This document shows positions 52,855 through 64,000 of a DNA stretch of 64,000 nucleotides, piece after piece. Source of the stretch: Callorhinchus milii (Eukaryota); the NCBI RefSeq assembly GCF_018977255.1, contig NW_024704742.1:125614001-125678000 (forward strand), in the 5' to 3' direction. The notes under the pieces were generated by a model, which was not told the DNA's origin, made no database searches, and worked only from the letters and a program-made list of their open reading frames with translations. The stretch's first letter is position 1. Every line of letters begins with the position of its first letter. The position numbers and the translations under genes were made by a program.

Positions 52855-54190
52855 CAACAATAAAATTACATTTATAGAGCCCCTTTCATGTCGGGAGGAC
52901 GTGCCAAAGCACTGAACAGTCAGGTGTCGGGGCCCGAGCATGGGGGAGTGGTGGTGTAGGGGTGAGGAAAAGCAGAGAGGAGGGAGGGCAACCAAAGGCA
53001 TGATTGAAGAGAAGGGTCTTGAGGCCGGCCTTGAAGGAGGCAAGGGAGGAAGCGAGACTAAGGGACCGTGGGATGGAATTCCAGAGTGCGAGGGCAGAGA
53101 GGCTGAAAGGGGTGAGGCAATCAGGAGGGCCTCGGTCTTGCTGACTTTGAGTTGGAGAAAGTTGTCCTTGTCCAGGCATTGATGTCGGACAGGCAGTCGG
53201 TCAGGACGCCAGTAGTCCTGGAGTTTAAGGTGGAGGCAGAGAGAGTTGGGTGTCATCCGCATACATGTGGAAATTTACCCCATGTCTGTTGATGATGTCA
53301 CCAAGGGGGAGCATGTAGAGAGTGAAGAGGAGGGGACCGAGGACAGAGCCCTGAGGGACACCGCACGAGACTGTGCGGGGGCTGGAGGGGAAGTTGTTTG
53401 CTGAGATGAAGTGGAGGCAGTGTGAAAGATAGGACCTGAAACAGTCAAGGACAGAACCTTGAAGGTTGAGGTGGGAGGAGAGGCGGTGGAAGAGGATTGA
53501 GTGGTCCATAGTGTCAAAGGCAGCGGAGAGGTCGAGGAGGATGAGGAGGCAGAGGGAGTCTTGGTTGCACATGGTCAGGATGTCGTTTGTGACCTTGACC
53601 AGAGCAGTTTCCGTGCTGTGGGCAGCAGGAAACCCGATTGGAGGGGTTCATGGAGGGAGTGAGAGGAGAGGAAAGAGCGAAGCCTCTCTCAAGGACCTTG
53701 GATAGGAAAGGGAGGTTTGCGATGGCCGGTAGCTGGACAACTGTGATGGGTCAAGGGAAGGTTTCTTCAAGGTGGGGTTGACAATGGTTGTTTTGAGTAG
53801 GGAAGGAACAGTGCAGGATGACAGGGAGAGGTTGATGATGTTGGCGAGTAATAGGCCAAGGAGGTGGAGCTGGGATTTAAGGAGAGAGGTGGGGATGGGT
53901 TCCAGGGAACAGGTGGTGAGCTTCATGGAGGGTATGGTGGTGAAGAAAGAGGAGGGGTTGACAGGTTCAAAGATGTGGAAGGAGGGATGGGTAATTGTCA
54001 GAGTGTGGGGTGGGGGTGGGGAAAAGGTGGAAGTTGTGGGGACAGTGGCAGCTGAGCGGATTCCCTCAATTTTGGACTCGAGGAATTCCAGCATTTTCTT
54101 GTAGTAAGAGTCAGAGGAAAAAATCTGCGAGGAGTGGCGGGGAGGGCGGAGAAGCCGATTGGTGGTGGAGAACAGGAGCCTGGGGTTGCC
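52855..54190 (-). mobile_element. L2 LINE fragment with internal deletions
   Basis: Motifs [32 protein letters not shown] and KKPSLDPSQLSSYRP. L2 tail at about 52855-52915. Confidence 0.92.
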
Positions 54191-55064
54191 CTTCGCCTAC
54201 AACTATCACTAGTTTGAGGATCAAACTTGTGATATCAATATACTGTATGGAGAAACCTTATGGGTTTGTTTGCTGAATAATTGGGTATCAGCCTGGTTTA
54301 GTTAATAGCACTCTTGCTTCAGGGTCAGACGGTTGTGGGTTTAAGCCACATGTTGGAACTCTGAGCTAATAGTCTAAGCTGACACTCCAATAGGGGAGGG
54401 TTACACTGTCAAAGTGCCATCCTTCAGATGAGATATTAAATTGAGAGGTGTGTGAATTTAGATGGTGGTTCAAGATCCAAAGGGACTTTGGAAGAAACAA
54501 GTTTCTTTCAGTGTCCTGGCCAAAATCCTCCAAATAGAATTGGTTATTCATGTTGTAGAATGCTTCTGTGCGCAAATTGGCTGCTATGTTTGCCTATAAA
54601 TACACAGTCTAAACAACACTAAAATACACAACACTATGCAGAAAATTTTATAAAGTGCTTTTGAGATTTCTCAAAGTTATAGGTCCTATATTAAATGCAA
54701 GGATTATTATTTTATTTTAAGAGTAGGAAATCTGTCTAATTCCCCTCCACCCTTCCCAGATCAGGAATGTTGAGATGAATTATAACCCCAAAATATTACC
54801 CATAACCGACATCAGTTAATTTGTCCCAGACTGAGGATCAGCTTGTGATAATAATCCTTGCATTTGATATAGCACCTTATCATGTCGTTGAGACATCTCA
54901 AAGCGCTTCTCAGAATATATTGTAAAGTGAATTGACTGTGTAATCCTTGGTCAAAATGTTCATTTATGGGTATATTCTTTGTCTATATGGTCAATACAGG
55001 CAGCAGCTTGGTTAGATGTCAGCCTGGCTGTTGGTAACATTCTGAGTCAGAAGAACATGAGTTC

Positions 55065-55503
55065 TAATAATAATATTTCTTGCTTTTGGCATAGCGCCTT
55101 TCACTACGGGTAGATGTCCCAAAGCGATTCACATGATTAATTGTGATGTGGAGTGACAGGATATTTGCAGGCAAACTCAGCAGTCCTATTGTGCACAGCT
55201 ATGTCTCACATACAGCCATGAAACAAATGTTATCTGCGGGGACTGTTGGTCAGAATACCAAGAGAAACTTTCTTCTCTTTTCAAATAGTGCCATGGGATC
55301 TTTAACGTCCACCTGAACAGACAATCGGGACTTTGGTTTAACGTCTCATCCGAACTCTGGCACTACCAACAATGCAACACCCCCCCTTCACTGCACTGGA
55401 GTATCAGCTTAGATGATATGAGTTCAAGTTCCAAAGATTGGCTTGAACCAATACCTTTCTGACTCAGAGACGAGAGTGCTACTACTAAGTCAGGCTGACA
55501 CAC
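55065..55503 (-). mobile_element. Older Deu-domain SINE (SacSINE1-like); other degraded copies at about 2560-2980, 13760-14098, 22540-22930, 40240-40475, 42320-42625 and 54290-54710
   Basis: tRNA-like head (ctctcgtctctgagtcagaaag..ggttcaagcc on the minus strand), ccagtgcagt...ggatgagacgttaaacc...gatcccatggcactattt core, and a similar tail. Confidence 0.7.
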
Positions 55504-55577
55504 TAAGGTTTACAACAAGCCTTTAAGATTCTAATCTAGGCTGACAGTGCACTGCAGTACTGGGTGGAGATGCCATC

Positions 55578-57022
55578 AACAACAATAACAAGATCACATT
55601 TGTATAGCACCTTTCACGTCAGGCGGACGTCCCAAGGCGTTGGACAGAGTACAGCATTTCAGACCCGAGCTGGGGTTGAGGGGGTAAGGGAGGGGAGGGG
55701 AAGGGGGTGGCCGATAATAATAATAATAATCCTTGCATTTGATATAGCGCTTTTCACGTCGGGAGGACGTCCCAAAGTGCTTCACAGAACACACTGTAAA
55801 GTGAATTGACTGTATATTTGTGGGCGAACGCAGCAGCCAATTGCGCATAGCAATGTCCCACAAACAGTCGTAGATTGAAAATGACCAATTTTATTATTGT
55901 TTTTGGTTTGGAGGGATTATTATTAGGCTCTGTGTGGAGTAAGGAAACTTGCCCAAGGTTTCGCCCTGAACTGCCTGGAATTGAACTCAGGTCTCTCACT
56001 TGCAAAGTGAGTCCTCTGACCACTGAGCTACAGGACTCCACGATGGCATGGTCAAAGAGCAGGGTCTTGAGGTGGGACTTGAAGGAAGCTAAGGAGGGGG
56101 CGAGGCAGAGTGACTGGGGGATGGAATTCCAGAGGTTGGGGTCAGAGTGGCTGAAGGCTCTCCCGCCAATGGTGGGGTGGATGGGTTGGGGGATGTGGAG
56201 CAGGATGGGGAGGGAACGGGCGGGTTGGTAGGGTGTTAGGAGGTTTCAGAGGTAGGGTGGGGCGAGGCCATGGAGGGCTTCGTATGTGAGGACCAGGATC
56301 TTGAACTGGATCCTCTGAAGGATAGGGAGCCAGTGGAGCCGGGAGAGAGTGGGGGAGAGCCCTGGAGGACGCCAGATGTGACAGTGCGTGGGCTTGAGGA
56401 GAAACCATTAGAGGCAATGAAGTGGAGAAGGTGAGAGAGATAGGAATCGAACCAGGCAAGGGCAGATCCGTGAAGATTGAGTAAAGCGGAGAGGTGGTGT
56501 ATGAGGATGGAATGGTCGACAGTGTCAAAGGCGGCAGAGAGGTCGAGGAGAACTAGGAGGCAGAGGGAGCCCTGATCACAGATGTTCAAAATGCCATTAG
56601 TGACTTTGACCAGGGCTGTTTCTGTGCTGTGGGCTGAATCACCGATGATTCTTTCCAGGACCTTGTAGAGGAATGGGAGATCAGAGATGGGGCTGTAGCT
56701 GGAGAGGAGGGATGGATCCAGGGAAGGTTTTTTCAGGATGGGAGTGATGATGGCCATTTTTAAGGGGTGGGAACTGAACCAGTGGACAAGGAGAGGTTGA
56801 TGACATAGGACAGGAGGGGAGGCAGAAGGTGGAGCTGGGAGACAAGGAGAGAGGCGGATGTGGGATCAAGGCAGCAGGTATTGGGTTTGAGTTTGCGGAC
56901 AGTTGTGAGGGAGGAGGGAGAGATAGGGTCGAAGTAGCATAGAGGGGGATAGGTGGGGGGTGGCTTATGAGGGAGAGGTGATGTGGAGGTGGCTGTGGAT
57001 GGGGCTGAGGTGGCTGAACGTA
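55578..57022 (-). mobile_element. L2 LINE fragment with internal deletion, interrupted by a SINE (55714-56040)
   Basis: Motifs PILKKPSLDP, HSTETALVKVTN and [13 protein letters not shown]2 3' tail with (CAA)n. Confidence 0.92.
55714..56040 (-). mobile_element. tRNA-derived SINE, short subfamily, inserted in L2
   Basis: Homology to 20888-21191. TSD CGAT at 55712-55715 and 56041-56044. Confidence 0.9.
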
Positions 57023-57035
57023 TCCTTAGTGACTC

Positions 57036-57968
57036 AGTGACGGATTAATACACAGCTACACAATTATACGTCTACCTTCCATTTTACTGTTGCTCCCACA
57101 ATCATGTGTTTTATCCAGTGTTTAGATAATCACAATGAGAATAAAACTGATGGTTGGAAAGAATTTTTTAACACAGGTGGTTGCAATGTGTCATTATTGA
57201 AGTAGAGTCCTTCAGTTGAGACAGTGCAGGTGGATGTTAAAAATCTAATGACACTAATTGAAAAAGGAGTTTCTCCTGGTGTCCTGGCCAACAATCCTTC
57301 AGGTAAATTGGTCATGTATTTCAAGGCTGTTTGTGAGATTTTGCAATGCCTTTAATTGGATGTTGCATTTGCCTACAAATAGACAGCTACTACACCTGGT
57401 AATAATGACTTGTGAAGTCTTTTTTGATTTTAAAGGTGCTAAGTCAAATATTATGTGAAACGTAATACTGTGTCGCACTGAACGTAGCAACAGCAAGCAA
57501 AAATAGTGTTTGCTGCATTGTGAATCATATGATGCCATAGTGAATTCCCCTCTCCCTGGAATCACTGAATTCACCAGCCACTACACTACTGCAGGACACC
57601 ACTGGCATGGAAACCTCGGTATTAACATAATACGGAGCATTATGGATCAGAGTTGCCATTGAGGAAGTCATTTGCCAATCAGCGCACTGATTTTGTAGCA
57701 TTTTTTTAAAGCACTGGCAGCTAAAACCAGATTGTTGACAGGTCAGAGGAATTTTAACATTCCTGTAATAGCTGTGCAATTGTGCATTAGGTTGGGACTT
57801 AGTGACGGATTAATACACAGCTACACAATTAAACGTCTATCTTCCATTGTATTGTTGCTCCCACAAACATGCGTTTTATCCAATGTTTAGATAATCACAA
57901 TGAGAATAAAACTGATGGTTGGAATTTTTTTTACACAGGTGGTTGGAATGTGTCATTATTGACGTAGA
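57036..57968 (+). repeat. Direct duplication of about 170 bp (57036-57206 and 57801-57968)
   Basis: agtgacggattaatacacagctacacaatt...gtgtcattattga.gtaga occurs twice with scattered mismatches. Confidence 0.9.
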
Positions 57969-58304
57969 CTCAGTCAATTACTTGAGACAGAATTAGATAG
58001 GTGCTTATAAAAGAATATTCAAGGTTATGGGAAGCAGGAGAGTGGGATTGAACCAAATACCTCATTCTGAGAAAAAAGGCTGAGACTGATAAGATTTTTG
58101 AAACACAGAGGGATTAGGGGATATGGGGATAGGGCAGGTAATTAGAGTTAGGTCTGAAGATCAGCCATGATCTTATCGAATGGCGGAGCAGGCTCAAGGG
58201 GCCGAATGGCCTACTCCTGCTCCTAATTCTTATGTTCTTATACCTGTTGCAGGTGTAATGACCAAAATGGCCTGTTTCTGTGCTTTGGTCATTTATGATT
58301 CTGT

Positions 58305-58467
58305 GGGATGCAAATTGCTACCTGTGATGTGTTGATTAATTTGTGTTAATTATCACATCACTGAAAACTCTTCCCAGTTGAGTGACACATTCCAACAGCC
58401 ATCAAATGTTTCCCGGTTTTTCAGTGAGGAGATAATTAGCAAAACGGTGGGACACAATTTTCATCCC
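58305..58467. mobile_element. Palindromic MITE
   Basis: TIRs gggatgcaaattg / caattttcatccc and an inner inverted pair taattatcacatcactgaaaa / ttttcagtgaggagataatta. Confidence 0.55.
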
Positions 58468-59644
58468 TATGGGGGGAAAATGTGGTATGTGCTAATTATC
58501 ATAAGAACAGAAGTTACAGTTAAAAATTGTTCTAAATGCTGAAGACTCTTCCATCCTCCCTCACACCCACCCCCTACCCCCCGAGCAGTCGAAATGAACA
58601 GATTATGCGGAGCAGAGTCATCCCACTCAGCTCCTATTTACCCCACAGTTGAACGCCCCAACAGGTAGGATGGTCCTAGTTGGACAAGCAGATGGAAAGC
58701 TTGCCGGACAGCAATATCAATGGCAAGCTATGCAGTTTTAACGAGTTAGACTCCAGCGGTACCCCAATGCACACTCTGGGGACCCCCAAGACTTGTCTCT
58801 TGCCAACCTGTGCTAATACTTTCAGGAATTAGGTAAGAAGGATGGTCCCTCCAGGGAGAGAGTGCACATTCCACTCCAACAATCTATCTCTGGAATTTCC
58901 ATGTGTAGGTGGGATGCATGGAACTCTCAGTTTGGTTTGGATACTCTTAAGCATAGTGATAGGTTTCCGCATGTGTCAGACAGCTGGCTGACCAAAAAAA
59001 AATTTAATGACAGCCCGGTCCTGGTCTCATATTGTCTGCTGACTTCAGGAGAATAGGTTCACGCAGACGCACTGTAGATGGACGAGGTCCATTACCTGCC
59101 ATTATTCTCAGCGGTGGGAACAAGGTACAATGAATTGCTGCTTTCACAGCCCAACAAAACACATCGCGTACATTGAATCTTCTGCAGCTCTGGGCAAAAC
59201 CTAATCTCCTGAGGTCACGAGATAGCCAATCAGTCCCAAACTTGTCATTAAGAACACAACAATCACAACAACAACAACACATTACATTTGCTTAGCGCCT
59301 TTCATGTCAGGAGGACGTCCCAAGGCGCTGGACAGTCAGAGATTCATACCCAAACTCGTGGATGGGATCAGGAGGGGTGGATGGCGGGGAAGGAGGTTGA
59401 CCAAAGGGACGGTCGAAGAGGAGGGTCTTGAGACGGGTCTTGTAGGAGGCAAGGAAGGATCAATCTTTTTAGATATATATTTTAAAATCACTCTAGTCTA
59501 GGTTCAACTCAATCTCCTCACTTTCCCACCCCAAGTGCCTTTTGCTAAATCCTAATCCAGTAACTAGAGTGGGAAACGTTACGATAAGTTCTGATTTGGG
59601 CAATCATATTATAGAATCATAGAATTATACAGCATAGAAGGAGG

Positions 59645-59745
59645 TTCTGACGAAGGGTTGTGGACCCGAAATGTTGACTTACTTTCCTTTCTCCATAGAT
59701 GCTGCCTGACCTGCTGAGTGTTCTCAGCGACTTCTGTTTTTCTTT
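59645..59745 (+). mobile_element. Single-arm copy of the same hammerhead-bearing Penelope-like element, inserted in a CR1 3' end
   Basis: ttCTGACGAagggttgtggacccGAAAtgttgact...gacttctgttttt is nearly identical to 17986-18082. TSD AGAAGGAGG at 59636-59644 and 59748-59756. Confidence 0.8.
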
Positions 59746-59897
59746 ACAGAAGGAGGCCTTTTGCTCATCGTGTCTGTGCCGGCTCTTTGAAAAGAGCTAT
59801 CCAAATTAATCCTACTTCATAGCCCTGCAAACTTGTCCTCCCCAAATATTTATCCACTTCTTGTTTAAAGATTGTTATCTAATTGGTTTCCACCACC

Positions 59898-61166
59898 TGA
59901 CCTATCGGCAGCATTCGATACGGTCGACCATGCTATCCTCCTCCACCGCTTGTCCTCCCACCTCAACCTTCAAGGCCCTGTCCTTGAGTGGTTTAGGTCG
60001 TACCTCTCCCACCATCTTCACTTTGTTTCCACGAATGGTTTTTCCTCCGGCCCCCGCACTATCTCATGCGGTGTCCCTCAGGGCTCTGTCCTCGGTCCCC
60101 TCCTCTTCACCCTCTATATGCTCCCCCTTGGTGACATCATCCACAGACATGGGGTTAACTTCCACATGTATGTGGATGACACCCAACTCTACCTTTCCTC
60201 CTCTACCCTCAACTCCACGACCACCGATGTCCTGACAGCTGTCTGTCCGACATCGAGTCCTGGACGAGAGATAACTTTCTTCAGCTCAACGTGCGTAAAA
60301 CTGAGGCCCTCCTGATTGGCTCGCGTCAGCGCCTCCGCACCTCAGGCGCTGACAGCATCAGCATCCAAGGCTGCACTCTCCACCTCTCAAAGCCAGTCAG
60401 GAACCTCGGTGTTCTGTTCGACCCTGAGCTGTCCTTTCTCCCTCATATCCGCGCCACAACTGGCACCGCCTTCCATCACCTCCGGAATATCGCCAGACTA
60501 CGGCACTACCTCACCCCTCACGCTGCTGAAACTCTGGTCCACGCCTTTATCACCTCAAGGCTGGACTATGGGAACTCTCTCCTCGCCGGCCTTCCCGGCA
60601 CCTCCCTCCACAAGCTGCAGGTCATTCAGAACTCTGCAGCTCGTGTACTGTCCCGCACCAGGTTTCGGGAACACGTCACTCCCACCCTCGCTCGCCTCCA
60701 CTGGCTCCCCATCCCCCAGAGGATCGATTTCAAGATCCTCATCCTCACCTACAAGGCCATTCACGGCCTTGTTCCCTCCTACCTCTCCGACCTACTATCT
60801 CCCTACCTACCTGCCCGTACCCTCCGTTCCTCTGGCTCCGGTCTGCTCCACATCCCCCGCCCCAACCACCATACCATCGGTGGCCGGGCCTTCAGCCTCT
60901 CAGCCCCCAGGCTCTGGAACTCCATCCCCCAGTGCCTTCGCCTTGCCTCCTCCCTTTCCTCCTTCAAGGCCGGTCTCAAGACCTTTCTCTTTGACCGAGC
61001 CTTCAGCTTCGCTCTCGACTCTCTACCCCCTCCTCGCTCCCTCCCTTCCCTCACCCTGACCAGTTCCCCCCTGCTCGGGTCCTGACCCAACTGTACAGCG
61101 CCTTGGGACATCCTCCCGACGTAAAAGACGCTCTATAAATGGAATCTTGTTGTTGTTGCTGTTGTT
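59898..61166 (+). mobile_element. 5'-truncated L2 LINE: RT C-terminal half plus 3' tail
   Basis: Peptide motifs [32 protein letters not shown] and SRLDYGNSLL...LHWLP, with one frameshift near 60240. Tail cagcgccttgggacatcctcccgacg...(TTG)n. Confidence 0.95.
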
Positions 61167-62629
61167 TCAGTTTCTCCTTGTTCACCCTATCGAATCCCCT
61201 CATAATTTTGAAAACTTCTATTAAGTCTCCTCTTAACCTTCTCTGTTCCAAGAAGAATAATCCCAGCTTCCTAAGCCTCTCCTCATAATTGAAGTCTCTC
61301 ATTCCTGGTACGTCCTGATAAATCTCCTTTGCACCCTCTTCAAGACCTTGACATCCTTCCTAAAGTGTGGTGCCCTGAACTGAACACAGTACTCTAGCTG
61401 AGACCTAACCAGTGTTTTATAAAACATTTTATGTATGATGGAGCTTTTGTAGTAACATAACAACGTGATTGGGCTCTTGAGACTTGAGCACTGATCTGAA
61501 CCCTATTGTTGGCAGGACAATATCTTTGGGCATGAATGAAATTTCCTAAATGCTTTGAGGTAAGCCAAAAACTAGCTCTGTTACTCTTTCGATGTAATAT
61601 AATTCTACAGATATTGATTAATATCTGTTTGCAGCCAACAACAACTTACATTGAAATAGCACCCTTCACACGGGATAGTGTCCCAGAGCGCTTTGGAGCG
61701 CACGGGGCACAGCAGCCATGCTCTCTGGGTAAACCTGTCTCTGAGGATTGTTCAGGATTAAATGGTACAATTGTGTCCTCAATGAACTATAGCTGTGTGT
61801 TTGTGTGTAAAAATCAGTTTTGCATCATTAATTTTGAACGATTCTCTAGTAGCAGCTGCTGAAAGCAACCACAGAACCAATAAAGCCACAAATTCATTGT
61901 CATTCAACGATCTTAAAGCATTGCAAATTATTTGGCACAGCAAAACACTGAAAGTTTTTCCATACCAACTAAAAAGATTAGAGTTGACAAATATTGAAAA
62001 TGTACATTCTCACTTAGGAGAATAATCAAAATGTTTTATTTTGATCAGCCGGGTGTCTGACATATGAGCAAACACATCACCATTCTTAATTATAGGTATA
62101 TATTATATATATGTACTATAGAGGATAATATATATGATAATATGTACCAATATGGCAGACAGCAGATGTACCAGTAGATACAGGGGGACCCTGTTATAGC
62201 AGCCATTGATACAGCACTCCCTCACTTCCACTGTCAGTCTAGAACTGTAAAACCACAGAAATTACAGCAAAGAAGAAGGGCATTTGGTTTATCACGTCTG
62301 TGCTGACCCTTTAAAGAACAATCCTTTCAATCCCATGTGTGCATTGTGGACTTGTATTAACTGAAAAGGTAGAATAGCTAGCTTCTGATATTCCTGCACT
62401 GAAAAATAGTGCTTCCTGCAAATAGTGTGCAGGGAGAGGGAGAGAGGGATGGAGAAAGGAAGTCCTGTAATTGCAATTTCAAACACCCGTAGTTTTCATG
62501 TCCTCATTGCTTTATACGACCGCACTTTTATATATAATGTTGTACGACTGCAATTCCTGACACATGTGAAATTTCACATCTTTCGGGAAATTCTGATGGG
62601 TTTGGCCCATGCAATCAGTTTGTGATCAG

Positions 62630-64000
62630 AAGACTAGCCCCTCCCCATCTCCCCCTCACACCCTGGCCCCATCCCTCCCTCCACACCGTCGAATCTGCCT
62701 CCAGCTCCTCTCTCACCACCACCATAAACCACATGAAACCGACCACCTGCTCCCTCAATCCAACCCCTACCCCTCTCCTTACCTCCAATCTCCACTTCCT
62801 TGCCCTCCTACTCCCAGACATCATAAACCTTTTCCTGACCACTGGCACAGTTCCCACTAATCTAAAAACGTCCATCAGCACTCCTATCCTTAAAAGACTC
62901 TCCCTAGACCCATTACTGCTTTCAAATCACCACCCCATCTCCAATCTCCCTTTCCTTTCCAAGATCTTGGAATGAGTCGTTGCTTCCCAGCTTCGCTCCT
63001 TCGTCACTCTCTTCACGAACTCCTCCAATCGGGTTTCCATGCCGCCCACTGCACAAAAACAGCTTTGATCAAAGTGACAAATGACATTTTGTCCATCTGT
63101 GACTAGGGCTCCCTCTGCCTCCTCGTCCCCCTTGACATCTCTGTTGCCTTTGATACCGTTGACCACTATCCTTCTCCACCACCTCTCCTCTCACCTCAAA
63201 CTTTATGGTTCTGTCCTTTATTGGTTCAGATCATAACCCTCACACCGTCTCCACTTCATCTCCACAAACGGCTTCTCCTCTAGCCCCCGCACTATCTAGT
63301 GTAGGGTTCCTCAGGGCTCTGTCCTCGATCCCCTCCTCTTCAATACCTATATCTCCGTCTTGGTGACATCATCCACAGATATGGGGTCAACTTCCACATG
63401 TATCCGGATGACAGCCAACTCTACCTCTCTATCTCCACCCTCGATTCCTGGACCACTGCTGTCCTGATAGAATGTCTGCCAGACATCAAGTCATGGATTT
63501 CGCCCACAAATATACAGTCAATTCACTTTACAGTCTATTTTGTGAAGCGCTTTGAGACGTCTAGAAGACGTGAAAAGCGCTATATCAAATGCAAGGATTA
63601 TTATTATTATTATGGATGAGAGCTAACTTTCTACAGTTGAATGTCAACAAGGCTCTCCTGATTGGCTCCCGTCAGCGCCTCCACACCTCAGGCACTGACG
63701 GCATCACCATCCATGGTTGCACACTCCACCTTACTAAGCCAGTCCGGAACTTTGGCATCTTGTTTGACCCTTAACTATCCTTTCTACCTCACATCCGTGC
63801 CATGACCTTCTCTGCCTTCCCCCACCTCCGCAACATCACCCGGCTCCACCACTGTCTCACACCGCAGGCCGCCGGAACCCTCATACACGCATTCATAACA
63901 TCCAGGCTTGACTATAAAAACGTTCTGCTTGTTGGCCTCTCTATCACCTCCCTCCATAGGCTGCAGATCATCCAGAACACTGCAGCCCATGTCCTCTTCC
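62630..64000 (+). mobile_element. Degraded L2 LINE ORF2 fragment (runs off the window), interrupted by a SINE 3' piece at 63499-63611
   Basis: Motifs PISNLPFLSKILE, GVPQGS and YPDDSQLY, with stops and frameshifts. TSD ATGGAT flanks the SINE piece. Confidence 0.92.

Larger units (their letters stand above)
59612..61420 (-). mobile_element. CR1 LINE 3' fragment (59612-59897 and 61169-61420) hosting the hammerhead element and an L2
   Basis: MRDFNYEERLRKLGLFFLEQRRLRGDLIEVFKIMRGFDRV and a tagaatcatagaa tail; colinear with 47349-47905. Confidence 0.9.

Overview
Vertebrate genomic DNA, most likely from a cartilaginous fish (possibly a chimaera), judged only from the repeat repertoire. The whole window appears to lie inside the PARP8 gene on the minus strand. 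Five internal coding exons (34950-34987, 19158-19247, 16485-16555, 12713-12790, 10690-10784) splice in frame via GT-AG introns into an N-terminal PARP8 segment; I did not find the flanking exons in the window. The introns are dense in L2 and CR1 LINE fragments, a tRNA-Ala-headed SINE family sharing its 3' tail with the L2, older Deu-domain and LF-SINE-like relics, and several MITEs, often nested. Nearly all ORFs in the supplied track are repeat-derived or spurious. The most notable non-coding structures are: (1) a 251-bp palindromic, TSD-flanked Penelope-type mini-element carrying two oppositely oriented minimal hammerhead ribozyme cores, with a second mobile half-copy; (2) two back-to-back near-perfect long hairpins at 9630-9835; (3) a near-identical inverted duplication bracketing a frame-shifting PARP8 exon. 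Family assignments come from recalled sequences, not database searches.
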